DNA of 64,000 nt from Selaginella moellendorffii (GCF_000143415.4 NW_003314409.1:186001-250000), one strand, 5' to 3'; positions 11,492 through 23,492 are shown, counted from the stretch's first letter. The notes: generated by a model not told the origin, from the letters alone. Program-made: numbers and translations.

Positions 11492-12012
11492 ATGCTCTAC
11501 GTACACCCTTTGAAGACGGGCATGGCCTTCAAAAACTCCAGCCTCCGGCAGCTGGGCTCGAAAGAGATGAAGTTCTCGCCTTTTCAACACCAATGTAACA
11601 AGTGTTTTGCGACTGAAGTACTCTCAGACATTTTTGGTTCTTTCTCCGCTTGCTATCTTCTTCTCTCCAGCTGCAAGGCTCGATATCAATCCGTTCCGGA
11701 AGGATGGTAAGTTACCCGTGTTTTCTTCAGAATTTTGATTTGCAAGGAGTTGGAGATGTTTTGGCTCACAGCAAGTTTTCCTCAAGACTTCTTTGTACTT
11801 TTTAAACAGACGAAGATTTTCCTGAAGCTCTTCAGGAGACTTTCAAAAGTGTAGAAGCAAAGGTAAAAATTGTTTGCAAATTTGAACATTTGTTTTGACA
11901 TTTTTTTTTATATTCTACAAAGGTTGGGTTCAAGCCACAACCTTCTAATAAAGCAAGGTTAGGTTGAAATCTTAAATGAGGTTATCTCTTTGTCATGAGG
12001 AAATTGGTTTAA
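11492..12012 (+). CDS. Possible unannotated small multi-exon gene (~80-90 aa)
   Basis: Series of donor/acceptor sites joining in one open frame (see findings); some introns are only ~40 nt. Confidence 0.35.
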
Positions 12013-12259
12013 GCACACTACTAAATGGGGGAATGCCAAAAAGTTTGGATTTATAGACACTTGGAGTCAAAATTCAGAAAGCGTGGAATTCAGAAGGTGA
12101 GAGGGGAAGCCATCTAACCTGGATTAGAGGCGTTGAACCGCAAAGATTTTACTCCATCGCCCAACATCATAGATTCATAGTATATCCTTTTTGTTAGCTT
12201 AAATGTAGGTAGAATGTGGTCAATAGGGTTTGTGTAGCTCGGGCGATCTCGATCTGAGA

Positions 12260-13566
12260 ATGGTGCTGGGGAAGAAGGAGGGCAGCCTCTTCCGCTCCTC
12301 CTCTCCGTCTTCCAATGACCGCTCCAAGCTCGGGCTGGCGATCCTGGCAGGAATCATGGTGGGAGCGCTGTGGGCGTACTTGCATCCTCACGCATTCATG
12401 AGCGCCTCCGAGGTAAGCGGCCGGAAAATTCGAGTTCCAGAGAGAAACGAGACACTCCAATCGCTCCACAGGGCGGCGATCCGCTGGTGAGCGAGCTGGA
12501 GAAGAAGATCCGAATGCTGGAGCTCCAAGTGACCACGCTGCGGGGCGAGAACAGCGAGATTAAGAGCGCGCTCGATCTGTCCAACCAGGAGAAGAAGTCC
12601 GCGCAGCAGCAGCTCATGGCCTCGCGGAGCCGAGTCAAAGCAGGCAAATTCGGCACAGTGGCCGGCACCACGACCAATCCAGAGATCATCCCGGATAAGT
12701 CCGTCAACCCGGAGCTAGCCCAGCTGCTCGAGAAGATCGCCATCAACCGCGAGGTCATCGTTGGCGTCTCCAACAAGAACGTAGCTCCAATGCTCCAGGT
12801 ATGGTTTGAGAGTATCAAGCAGTCCGGGATCACGAACTACCTCGTCGTCGCGCTGGACGACGAGACTGCCAAGTTTTGCAAGGATCACGACGTCCCGGCG
12901 TACAGGAAGGACGCCACCATACCCAAGAGCTTGGCCGGGACTGGGGACAACCACGCCATCTCCGGAACAAAGTTTCACATCCTGCGAGAGTTCCTCGTGC
13001 TGGGATACAGCGTCTTGCTCTCGGACGTGGACATCGTCTACCTCCAGAACCCGTTCAAGTTCTTGCAGCGCGACTGCGACATCGAGGCCATGACCGACGG
13101 CCACACCAACGCCACCGCCTATGGATACAACGACGTGTTTGACGATCCAAAGATGGGCTGGTCGCGCTATGCGCACACGATGAGGATCTGGGTGTTTAAC
13201 TCGGGGCTGTTCTACTTGCGGCCCACGGTGCCATCGATCGAGCTCCTGGACCGGGTGGCGACGAGGCTGGCGAGAGAGAAGGCGTGGGATCAGGCCGTGA
13301 TCAACGAGGAGCTCTTCTTCCCGTCGCGGCCGGGATACAATGGCTTGCACGCTTCCAAGCGCGTCATGGACAGGTTCCTCTTCATGAACAGCAAGCTACT
13401 CTTCTCGGACATTCGTGGGGATCCATCGCAGTATGCCAACTTCCGGCCGGTTACCATTCACGTCAACTATCATCCGGATAAATACAACCGGATGCTGGCC
13501 ATTGTTGATTACTATGTCAAGGGGAAGAAGGATGCCCTGGCCAAGTTCCCAGTTGGCTCGGAGTGA
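12260..13566 (+). CDS. RRA: GT77 extensin beta-arabinosyltransferase, RRA-like (exons 12260-12412, 12472-13566)
   Basis: Type II TM anchor, coiled coil, [14 protein letters not shown] (DxD), [26 protein letters not shown]. Confidence 0.92.
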
Positions 13567-16449
13567 TGCTGGCCTGGTTGGATCCGACTGATCTTGTGAT
13601 TGATAGATAATTTTTTTTTTAAACTATAAAATGAAGACACTGTTTTTGATTCATCGGTACAGATCATGGTAAGAACATCACATCGGCAGGAGAATGGGAG
13701 GACAAATAGTCTTGACGTTCAGGCCCGGAACAATTTATTTGCTTTATCTTTTACAATCATAAGATAGTGAGTATATGGAGATTTTTTAAACTATTATTGT
13801 AGAATCCTATATTAATTGAGACCATTTGGATCTTTGGTTCATCAAGGATTGTGACTTTTGCTTAATTGAAGAATGCTAATTATGCTGACTATAGTTCTCA
13901 ACTCCTGGTGTCCAGAATATTGTTAATTATATTTTGTGGCATACATGCTATAAGGGACTTTGATTGCATTATAAGAGCTAGACTCTCATTGAAAGTTCTA
14001 TTTGGGTTATGGAATACATAACTCAAATATTCTACTCAACAACTTGGATCTCTGGTAGTGTGTTATCCTGGATAAGTTCCGGGAAAAGAACCTTGAGAAT
14101 CTAATCAACTTCAATGATGGAAGAAACATCTATTTGAAACAAATTGGATGGAAGTAGAGAATGACCATGGGCATTGAAAAGAGTTGCTGCATGGATGCTG
14201 TTAGTGATTGTTGATTTTCCTTTGGCCTAAGTTATCATGCAAGTAACAACAAGATGCCATGGATGTCCCAGGATGATAGAGTTCTTCAGCTTCCCAGATC
14301 CGAGCTACTAGTAGTCCACCATAAGAAAATCTAGTGTGGAAACCACTCCTTACACCAAGATCTTGACATTCCGGTAGATGCCCATAGGAACTATTGAGTG
14401 ATTACCAAACATGTTGAAGATCATAATTGTGCTACTCACCATTTCCAAGCCACTGGAGTATGCCAAGTTGAGGGAGATGATATTGTTCTGGGATCCAAAA
14501 TCAAGTAATGCTTATTGTATCAAGGGTTTATTGCCAATTTGGACCTCTACAAAGAATGCCCCAGGATCATGAGTGGTCTGAGTGTTAATGATATGCACGT
14601 CATGCTAAGGTTCCACAGGGATGTCAAAGAACTTGGCAAAAACCTCTAGGCATGCATCACAAAAGCTCACGAAATGTGATCTGGACTAGAGTGTCAGCAA
14701 TCTAAGCAAGAACCTCTTGTGGGACCCAAGAAAGAGTGGAGGGCAACTAGGAGACCCTACCCTAAAAGTCAGATGAATGTTCAATTGTTAGATTCAAAGT
14801 TGTGGCTAGTGGTGCTGCAAATACTAAAGCATAGGGTAATTTGCACACTATGAGAGATGGTGGAGTTCTGGAAATAAGTGTTGGATCCTACTCATTATCA
14901 ATATCTGCTTCTTGTGCCCTCTAGTCACAACAGCCACTTTATAACCATCCTCTGTAATGTAAATAAAGTGTCCATTGTGCAGTAGAGGAAAATGCAATGC
15001 ACTAAGAACTCTAACTTGTGTGAGAATAGAATATCTAAATGGGATAGCTTCAAATAAAAAGTATCCTCACATAGATTTCCCCAACCAAAATCATTGTTAC
15101 TCTCACAAATGCCAATTTCTTATAAAGTTTAGAAAAATTTAGCAAAGAAAAAGGGAAAAGACACAAAAGATGTTGTGCCACTTGGTAGGATGTGGATATA
15201 TGTTATCACTAAAAAAGTCAAGAAAAGAAACAAAATCAAACTCTAATACTTAAAATGCCTCAAGGGAAAAAAATTTCATATAAAATCTCTTAGCTTTGTG
15301 CACAAAATTGGGTGTGGATAGATTCGTTGGAAAGCTTGGACTCAAACCAAGAGAATGAGACCAAAATCATGAGTTAAGATGCCCAAAATCTCAAAAACAA
15401 TTGACTCAAACATCAAATTCTAAACAAAAAGAAGGAGAATACAAGAAAATGCACTCCCTAGCACAAGAAACACTCACCTTTAGCATTGGCAAAAGATAAT
15501 AACATGGCTATGATAATCTCCATAAGAATGGTGCTTAAAATTCCCCCAAGATCAAGCTAAAAACTTGCAAGTTTGAGCTGTGAAATGCCGCAAGAGAAAA
15601 ATTATTCCGTCTCACGGCCTAGAGAGAATTGACTGCTAAGAAAGGACTCTCTGGAAATCTTGTTTTCAGATCTACATGCCTAGAAGAAGAAATTCCTAAA
15701 TTGGTCCTAGAATTGCGATCTTAGAGCATTAGAAATTTACTATGAAAACGGAAGAGCATGATAGACAAAACTTCATGCATGCAGTTGAATCATCCACAAA
15801 ATAAAGTGCTTTTTAGCTTGTTGGAAAGAGGATGCCAAAGCACACTGACTCAAAGAAAGAAAAACTAGAATTGATACCCCAATCACAAAAAATTGCTAGA
15901 AAACTGAGTAGAAAGAGGGTAATATATAAAACTAATGCAAGAATGAGAAAATCTTTGAGCCTGTGTTTTGGATTTGTGCAACTAGAGACCCTTAGCAATC
16001 CTAGGATCTCTAAAAATACAAATTTAGTCACTAGAACTTGAAATCTCTATCAATTTCCCAAGAAAATTCTCCATTCTTTTAAGAAAATTAAGCTAGCTCG
16101 TCATGCAAGGTTCACCAACTGTTGGGGCATCTCTAAGCCCTAACTGTGGATCCATTCCTTACACACATGCTTGTAAACTTGTAGCTCCAAACTCAAGCAT
16201 AAAAGGAAATGGGAAGGAACTCTATTCTCAAGCTTCTTTTGGGCTTATATACAAGGATGAAAGAATATTCCAAGGATATGGAATATTCTTTGTGCTCTCT
16301 TAAGTCAGAATCTAAGCATGATGTAGGAAGAAGGTGGTGATAAGCTAATGCTATAAAAAAGGATTGGTTTTATGATTTGGAGGATTATTTTCAAATGTTG
16401 CAATTACGAAATTCGAAAGAGGTCCCATATGCAAAACCATATTTAATAA

Positions 16450-17450
16450 ATAATGTTAAATCTTGGTGAAGAATGACAGAGGCAAACAAAGGACCAATGG
16501 CCACTTGAAAAGTGATAAAGGTGACGATTTGAGCAACTTATATTCCCCCAAATGCTACTATGCATCTAAACGATAAACTGAGTAAATTGATGTAAATAAA
16601 AATAATTCAAGAGTATGTGAATGCGTTTATAGTTAAGAAGATTCTTGTCGCGAATACGGGTGATATAGATGCATTCCACGCTTTCATATTAAACTTGTAG
16701 ACTTGGCCTTGGGGTGACTTGATACACTAGAAATACAAAGAAGCATTAGATGTGGTGATCAAGATGCATTTTAATGATAATTTGCAAAAAAAGAATTCAA
16801 TTGGGTCAAAATCCACATTTAATAAGGGATCCAAACCAAGGAAATTTAAGAAGAGTTTCTTTAAGAATGAATCCTCATAGTTTTAGAATGGTAAATCCAA
16901 TGGCTAACAAATAAGCATGTGAGGGAGTTAGGTTAAAAGAGGTAAACCCATCAATAAGAAAGTCAAGTCTGCAAATAGTGTAGGGAATAGCATATATTTT
17001 AATTGCAGTGAGACTAGAAACTTCTTGAGAGAATATTCATAGCTGAAGAGAGCCAGAATGAATATGGCTATTAAGTCAAATGAAATTCAAATGAAAGTAT
17101 ATGATCATATCTCTGGTTCAAAGTTACTTATTACACAAACAACTTTGGTAAAGAGTCACTTACATTTAAGGAAAACTCAAAAGTAACTCTATTAAGATGT
17201 TTATAGACATAAATGTTATGGAAAATTTTGTGGCTGTAGACATAGTTTGGCAAGCTAGATTAACATTGCAGTGGTTTGGAGAACTAAGGATCATAAAGTT
17301 CATTCAAGGTAGCCAAAACACAAATCAAGCACTTTAACAAGCAAGAGTGAAAGTAGAGATATGGAAAGTGGACATGGATTTCACTGTTTTGGATATAACA
17401 TAATTTAATGTAATCTTTGGGAACCTATAAATGGATGGATAACACCCTGT
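16450..17450 (+). mobile_element. Highly degenerate Ty3/gypsy gag-protease relic
   Basis: QEYVNAF gag-like stretch, decayed zinc knuckle (YFNCSETRNFLRE), protease-like MDFTVLD..FNVIFG; many stops. Confidence 0.5.
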
Positions 17451-17844
17451 TACTTGTGCAGTGAATATAGGTTTAACTAAAAACTAGTATAATAGATTTA
17501 AACTTTGGCAAGGGAACTTAATTGAAGCTAAGGCAAAAGTGGTCAAATAGATAAAGTAAGTTAACAAATTAGAAAAGGAAAATTTATAACTTATACATAT
17601 CTAGAACTAAGAGCTTACCTTTGGATGCAATGCTGATATACTCATTTAAAATATAAAACTTATACTAGGTTTCTGAGCCAAAGTATGATCTAACTATAAG
17701 GAGCAATAATTACTTATTTCAAAGAGGTTAAAAATTTAACATGAATTCTTACTTCTATCAATGATATGGAATTTTATAAGAAAATGAAGTGGTGCATGGT
17801 TCTCTATGCAAGGCTCAAGGAGCTCATAACCCTTAAACCAAAAC

Positions 17845-19314
17845 TTTGATGTGAGAATATTTAAGTTTATGTATTCCATAACTCAAATGTAAAAGTTTCA
17901 CTAAGAGTCTAACTCTTATTATGCAATCAAGTCCCTTATAGCATGTATGCCAAAAACATATAATTAACAATATTTATGTTTACCTATAGTTAATGGTTGT
18001 ATATGACCACGAGCACACTAGACACCACAAGCTTTCATAATTGAGAACTATAGTTAGCATAATTAGCATTTTCAATAAAGCAAAAGCCACAATCATTATA
18101 TTGTCTTCATAGTCTTTGATTTAAAGACATATGACTCATCAAAATATGAACCAAGATTCAAATAATAAGTGTTAATCTCAATTAATATAGGATTCTACAA
18201 TAATAGTTTTAATAATTTATTATGCCTTGAATCTAGTAATGCTTGGTCTGCTTAATAGTAATATTATTCCTATTGATCAATCGCTTAGTTTTCTTAATAG
18301 TAGTATTATTCCTGTTGATCAATTGCTTAGTTTTCTTAATAGTAGTATTATTCCTATTGATCAATTGAATTGATCAAATGGAACTTTATAATTATAAACA
18401 TGTTTATAATTTATAAACACACGATTTATCTTATTGAATATCAACTATTAGATGGTAGAATAAACTAAAATATACTAGAAAGTGTTTAAGAAACTTTATA
18501 AATTATAAATATAATATTAATCTAAATAAATAATAACCGTAGATGGTAAGACATCCTAAAATATTTAAGTATATTCTAGATATATCCACTCTTACAGCAA
18601 ATCAAAAATCTAAAAGATAAAGCAATAAATTGGTCTTGTCCTCCCATTCTCCTACTAATGTATGTTTGATGATGTTCTTGCCATGATCTGTACCAATGAA
18701 CGTGTCTTCATTTTATAGTTTGAAAAAAAAAAGTATCTATCAATCACAAGATCAGTCGGATTCAACCAGACCAGCATCATTCCGAGCCAACAGGGAACTT
18801 GGCCAGGGCATCCTTCTATAGTAATCAACAATGGCCAGCATCCAGTTGTACTTATCCGGATCGGAAGTTGGCATAGTGCGTTGGATCTCCATGAACCGAA
18901 GCTTGCTGTTCATGAAGAGGAACCTGTCCATGGCGCGCTTGGAAGCGTGTGAAAGCCATTGTATCCCGGCCGCGACGGGAAGAAGGGCTCCTCGTTGATC
19001 ACGGCCTGATCCCACGCCTTCTCTCTCGCCAGCCTCGTCGCCACCCGGTCCAGGAGCTCGATCGATGGCATCGTGGGCCGCAAGTAGAACAGCCCCGAGT
19101 TAAACACCCAGATCCTCATTGTGTGCGCGTAGCGCGAGCCCATCTTTGGATCGTCGAACACGTCGTTGTATCCATAGGCGGTGGCGTTGGTGTGGCCGTC
19201 GGTCATGGCCTCGATGTCGCAGTCGCGCTGCAAGAACTTGAACGGGTTCTGGAGGTAGAGCAAGACGCTGTATCCCAGCACGAGGAACTCTCGCAGGATG
19301 TGAAACTTTGTTCC
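17845..19314 (-). pseudogene. Inverted copy of the RRA 3' half plus its downstream flank (mirrors ~12964-14040)
   Basis: Reverse complement matches the RRA CDS, 3' UTR and intergenic sequence, with many short indels and a ~370-bp insertion. Confidence 0.9.
18251..18366 (+). repeat. 42-bp tandem repeat, ~2.8 copies
   Basis: cttaatagtartattattcctrttgatcaatygcttagtttt starting at 18251, 18293 and 18335. Confidence 0.9.
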
Positions 19315-19372
19315 TCCGAGGTGAAATCCTGCAAAACTTTTAGACCCGCCACTAAAACTGAACTTCAAACAG

Positions 19373-19607
19373 GACAAATCCTTTGTTGCCACCCTCTGAA
19401 ATCGGGGTGGAGTACACCAAAGAGAAGTATGGAAGTGTTCCTCGTTATTACATCAAAGGGATGCTACCCGTGGCAATGCAAGGTTATCTCTTGGAAAACA
19501 ATCCCCCCAACGGTGTTCTAGAGCTTGCATCTGATCGCAGCCCCTTCTTTTCCACTCCAGATGAGCTTGTAAAGGCACTTGTAAGCATCATAACATCGTT
19601 AAAATGA
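19373..19607 (+). pseudogene. Orphan last exon of a methylesterase (MES/SABP2-like alpha/beta hydrolase)
   Basis: [22 protein letters not shown](R)SPFFS.P; catalytic His replaced by Arg; frameshift near the start; acceptor AG at 19371-19372. Confidence 0.7.
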
Positions 19608-19670
19608 AAACATTCTAGAGACAATGCTAAATGCAAGGAATTGCCATACAATGAAAACCCTGGGAAGAAT

Positions 19671-21908
19671 ATGGACAGAGTCCAGTGCCTAGAACTCATC
19701 CAATCTTGCAAGAGCTTGGCTTTGGCTGAGGATCTGCATGCCAGTAACAGTGCCAAAACTGATGATGTTTTCCTGTGCAACAAGCTCATCGCAATGTACA
19801 CGAGGTGTGGAAGCTCATTGCACGCCAAACGAGTTTTTGATACCATGGTTTCCAGGGATGTCTACTCTTGGGATTTCATGATGAATGCTTACTCGAAGTA
19901 TGGCAGCCTTGAGAATGCAAAGGGATTCTTTGATTCGATGCCCCAGAGAACTACTGTTTCTTGGGTTGCAATGTTAAGCTCATATGCCCGTGCTGGGCAT
20001 CTAGAGGAAGCCGAAAATACCTTTGCAAGGATGCCAGATGCAAATACAGTGGCTTGCAACTGCATGATTGACGCGTACGTTCATCATGGATTTCTTGAAA
20101 AGGCTAAAATTTTGTTCGATAGAATGCCAAGGCAAACATTAGTTGCTTGGAACACTATGCTTGTTGCATATGCCCACAGAGGGCACCTTGTTCTTGCCAA
20201 GAGAATGTTTTACACGATGCCACTACGAGATCTAATCTCTTGGACGGCCATGTTCAACGCATATGTGCAGAACGGGATTGTTGAAATTGCGAAAAATTTT
20301 GTTGATCTCATGCCGGAATGGGATCTCGTATCGTGGACAGCAGTGCTCACTGCGTATGTGAAGAGAGGAAACATTTCTGAAGCCAAGCAAACTTTTGATC
20401 AGATGCCGTTTAGAAACTTGGTGTCATGGACGTGCTTGCTGGACGCATTTTTACAGGTCAAAGACTTACAAGCTGTTAAAGAAACGTTCAGAGCAATGCC
20501 GGAGCACGATCTTGTAGCTTGGAATGCAATGCTCTCTGCATGTGCCCATCTTGGAGATCTGCAAAACGCGGAGATAATCTTTGAAGCTATGCCCGAACGA
20601 ACAATGGCTTCTTGGAATGCAATGCTTTCAGCGTATGTGCATGACGATAAGTTAGAAGAAGCAAGAGTGATTTTTGATAGTGAGCCGAAACACGATCTGG
20701 TTTCATGGACAAGTATACTGTGTGCTTATGCCCAAAACGGGCATCTGGATGAAGCAAAGAATATCTTTGAAATGATGCCACAAAAGACAATAGAGGCGGC
20801 AAATGCAATGCTCTCAGCTCTTGCACAAAATAAGTACCTGTCGGAATTTAGAGAACTTTTTGTAAAGATGCCACAGCATAGTACAATGTCGTGGAATGCT
20901 CTTTTGTCAGCAAATGCACTAAACGGGCACTTGGAGGAAACAAGAATGGTTTTCGACATGATGCCTGGAAAGGACCGGATTTCCTGGAATACAATACTCT
21001 CAATAGAGGCCCAGAAAGGGATGATAAGTAGAGCCAAGGAAATCTTCCAGTATGAAATGCCAGAGTGGGATGTTGTGTCTAGCACTGTAATGATCTCTAC
21101 TTTCTCCAAAAGCGGCAAGTTTGGAGAGGCCAAGCAGCTTTTCGACACAATGCCATTTCAAGATTCAGTCTCTTCAACAGCCATGGTTCTCAACTTTGGC
21201 CAAAATGGACAAGTAGAAGATGCTAAGAGCTTGTTTGAAAGAATCTCTCCGAAAGACAGAGATGTTGTGTGCTGGAATGTGATGTTTGCAACTTATGCCC
21301 AAAATGGACATCTTCTGGATGCAAGGGAAGTGTTCAACGACATGCCACGGAAGGACACAGCCTCCTGGACTGCAATGTTGTCTCTCTATGCTCAAACCGG
21401 CCACCCCTTGCATTGTAGAAAGCTCTTGCTTGAGATGCCCGAGAGGTGCTTGGTCGCTTGGAGCTCGTTGCTAGCCAGCTGTGTTTGTAGTGGTAACTTT
21501 AGTGAAGCATTGGATGCATTTTACAATTTGAGAGACGATTGCTTTCTTCCGGATGAGATTTGCTTCATGTCTGCCCTAGCGGCATGCAGCCAAGTAGGCA
21601 AGGTTTATCTTGGTAGATGCTTGTTTGTGTCTATGAGGGTTGACTATGGGCTGCAAGCATTGAAGCAGCACTACAGTTGCATGATTGATCTCTTGAGCCG
21701 TGCAGGGCATTTGCGTGAGGCTGGCGAGTTGACATCATGCATGCCATTTGTTCCAGAAGTTTTGGAGTGGTGTTGTTTGCTTAATGGGTGTAAAATCTAC
21801 GGCAACCTTGAGTTGGGAGCCTTTGCTGCTAAGCATGTCACAGAGCTGGACCCAAAGCTCAACATGGCATATATTCTCACGGCCAATGCTTTTTCAGTCC
21901 TAGTTTGA
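19671..21908 (+). CDS. Long PLS-class PPR-E protein (~745 aa)
   Basis: Intact intronless ORF with ~19 short PPR motifs, HYSCMIDLLSRAG and MPFVPEVLEW; ATG at 19671. Confidence 0.9.
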   Translation: MDRVQCLELIQSCKSLALAEDLHASNSAKTDDVFLCNKLIAMYTRCGSSLHAKRVFDTMVSRDVYSWDFMMNAYSKYGSLENAKGFFDSMPQRTTVSWVAMLSSYARAGHLEEAENTFARMPDANTVACNCMIDAYVHHGFLEKAKILFDRMPRQTLVAWNTMLVAYAHRGHLVLAKRMFYTMPLRDLISWTAMFNAYVQNGIVEIAKNFVDLMPEWDLVSWTAVLTAYVKRGNISEAKQTFDQMPFRNLVSWTCLLDAFLQVKDLQAVKETFRAMPEHDLVAWNAMLSACAHLGDLQNAEIIFEAMPERTMASWNAMLSAYVHDDKLEEARVIFDSEPKHDLVSWTSILCAYAQNGHLDEAKNIFEMMPQKTIEAANAMLSALAQNKYLSEFRELFVKMPQHSTMSWNALLSANALNGHLEETRMVFDMMPGKDRISWNTILSIEAQKGMISRAKEIFQYEMPEWDVVSSTVMISTFSKSGKFGEAKQLFDTMPFQDSVSSTAMVLNFGQNGQVEDAKSLFERISPKDRDVVCWNVMFATYAQNGHLLDAREVFNDMPRKDTASWTAMLSLYAQTGHPLHCRKLLLEMPERCLVAWSSLLASCVCSGNFSEALDAFYNLRDDCFLPDEICFMSALAACSQVGKVYLGRCLFVSMRVDYGLQALKQHYSCMIDLLSRAGHLREAGELTSCMPFVPEVLEWCCLLNGCKIYGNLELGAFAAKHVTELDPKLNMAYILTANAFSVLV

Positions 21909-21969
21909 TATTATGGCATGATCTGGATCTAAATGGGTGTTCACGTGGAGATTGACCAGACGGTGGTAA

Positions 21970-22300
21970 AGCAATATCCACGTCTGAGAGCAAGAGACTG
22001 TCTTCCAACTCCCTTAACTTTGAACATTGGTGACATGGCGTGACTGTCGCTGGTCCTGGCTCCATATGCCAGGACATCGTGATCTTTCGCTACGACGAAC
22101 TACCCAGAGTGCTTGAAGTTACGTTTTTGTTTGCTTCCAGATCACAATCGTACAAGAAGCGTGGGGCTGACGGACTTATCCAGGACTGGCGCTGGCCACT
22201 GCCGAATTTGCCTCCATGAGCTGCTTGCACGGATTTTTTATAGTTGGACAGATCGAGTGCGCTCTTGTCGAGCCCCCTTATTTCAGCTCACAATCGGTTT
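21970..22300 (-). pseudogene. Second, older, heavily deleted RRA fragment
   Basis: Minus-strand blocks aagagcgcactcgatctgtccaac, gcagctcatgg, aggcaaattcggca, ggataagtccgtca and tcttgctctcagacgtgga are colinear with RRA ~12560-13035. Confidence 0.75.
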
Positions 22301-22544
22301 GCAAAGCTTTTTTCAAAGCAGTGTCGCTACTCTGGTTCAACATGATCTGAGATATTTACTCACTAACAGTGTAAGAAAGTAATGCTCGTTTCCTTTCTCC
22401 GTTTTCTTCTGAATTTTAGACAGATCTCACGCTTAAGTTTTCTATGTGCTGGTGGTGCTGAATGTATACCACAGGTGCTTTTATTTGGTGAGGTGCTCAA
22501 GAGCATGGAATGAATAAGACAGTCCCCTTGCACATGGGACTTAG

Positions 22545-23492
22545 TTAGTTGAAAGGACCACCCCACACATCGTCTGTGTCCCATAGTCCAATATAACCTT
22601 CTTCTACAGATAATCCGGTTGTTATTATGCAATCAGATTGATCTTTGCAGAGGCGCTTTCCTATATCGATTAAAATCAAGTCACCAATCTTTATGGCTGC
22701 ATGAGGATTTATAGTCAACGGGCATGGAGGATCTGTATCAATGGGACTTACATAGGGCATTTCTTTCGTAACTAAGTCATTCAGAATAAATTTGCAATTG
22801 TCTTGTAAATGGGCTTTATAACGTCCGCTCTTAGATTGAAAGGTATATGGTTCGAGAACAAAGGAACCCAAAGATTCAAAGCCACTAATCATACTCATCT
22901 CAAAAGGCCAGCAGTCTTCTAACTCTGAATACCAATCATGAATTACAAAAGTGCTCTTATTAAGACTTCGAGGTTGGATTGAAAAAGTATAAAGAGGAAG
23001 GGCTGCTGAAATATTCCAGTGGTTACTATTAGCATTCAATTCATCATGATCTTTCTTGATAGGCCATGAAATATAATCAATTCCCAAGAGTTTTGAAATA
23101 ACTAACAATGTTCCATAGCCATTTACTCGAGACTCCAGAAAGATAGTTTTGAAGATTTTCATATACTCATCTTTCATGAAATTGGAAGGCAAGGCCATAG
23201 ATGGGTCTGGAGATACTGAACAAGTGACAGAGATCATTGAGGGGGCAATACTAAAGAACCAAAGCCTTATAGAAACTTTATATTTATTAGAAACTGTAGG
23301 ATTGTATGTAAAGCTACGCCCTGTAGAATAGAATGAATTCCTTTTAAGGGACCTGATGACATAAGAAATAGCACTTGTAATCTTTCTTGTTTCTGGTATG
23401 GAGAATCGCCCTGGATGTCTAGCATACCTTATTGTCATGCTAGAAACATGTATGAACATAGTAATAGTTAGGACATATACTAAACTCTTCAT
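22545..23492 (-). CDS. Putative secreted protein: unknown ~210-aa N-terminal domain + GNA/bulb-type lectin domain
   Basis: 315-aa intronless AT-rich ORF; signal-like MKSLVYVLTITMFIHVSS; FQSKSGRYKAHLQDNCKFILND resembles a B-lectin repeat; paralog at 48.4-49.35 kb. Confidence 0.65.
   Translation of the reverse strand: MKSLVYVLTITMFIHVSSMTIRYARHPGRFSIPETRKITSAISYVIRSLKRNSFYSTGRSFTYNPTVSNKYKVSIRLWFFSIAPSMISVTCSVSPDPSMALPSNFMKDEYMKIFKTIFLESRVNGYGTLLVISKLLGIDYISWPIKKDHDELNANSNHWNISAALPLYTFSIQPRSLNKSTFVIHDWYSELEDCWPFEMSMISGFESLGSFVLEPYTFQSKSGRYKAHLQDNCKFILNDLVTKEMPYVSPIDTDPPCPLTINPHAAIKIGDLILIDIGKRLCKDQSDCIITTGLSVEEGYIGLWDTDDVWGGPFN

Noticed and set aside
106-13481. Numerous antisense and alternate-frame ORFs over the GC-rich genes
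   Set aside because: Expected shadows of high-GC3 coding sequence.
14040-16400. Probable ancient TE remains (also 27600-30040, 40820-42090 and 50700-53100)
   Set aside because: Too decayed to assign by eye; 27.6-30 kb may continue the LINE but I could not confirm motifs.
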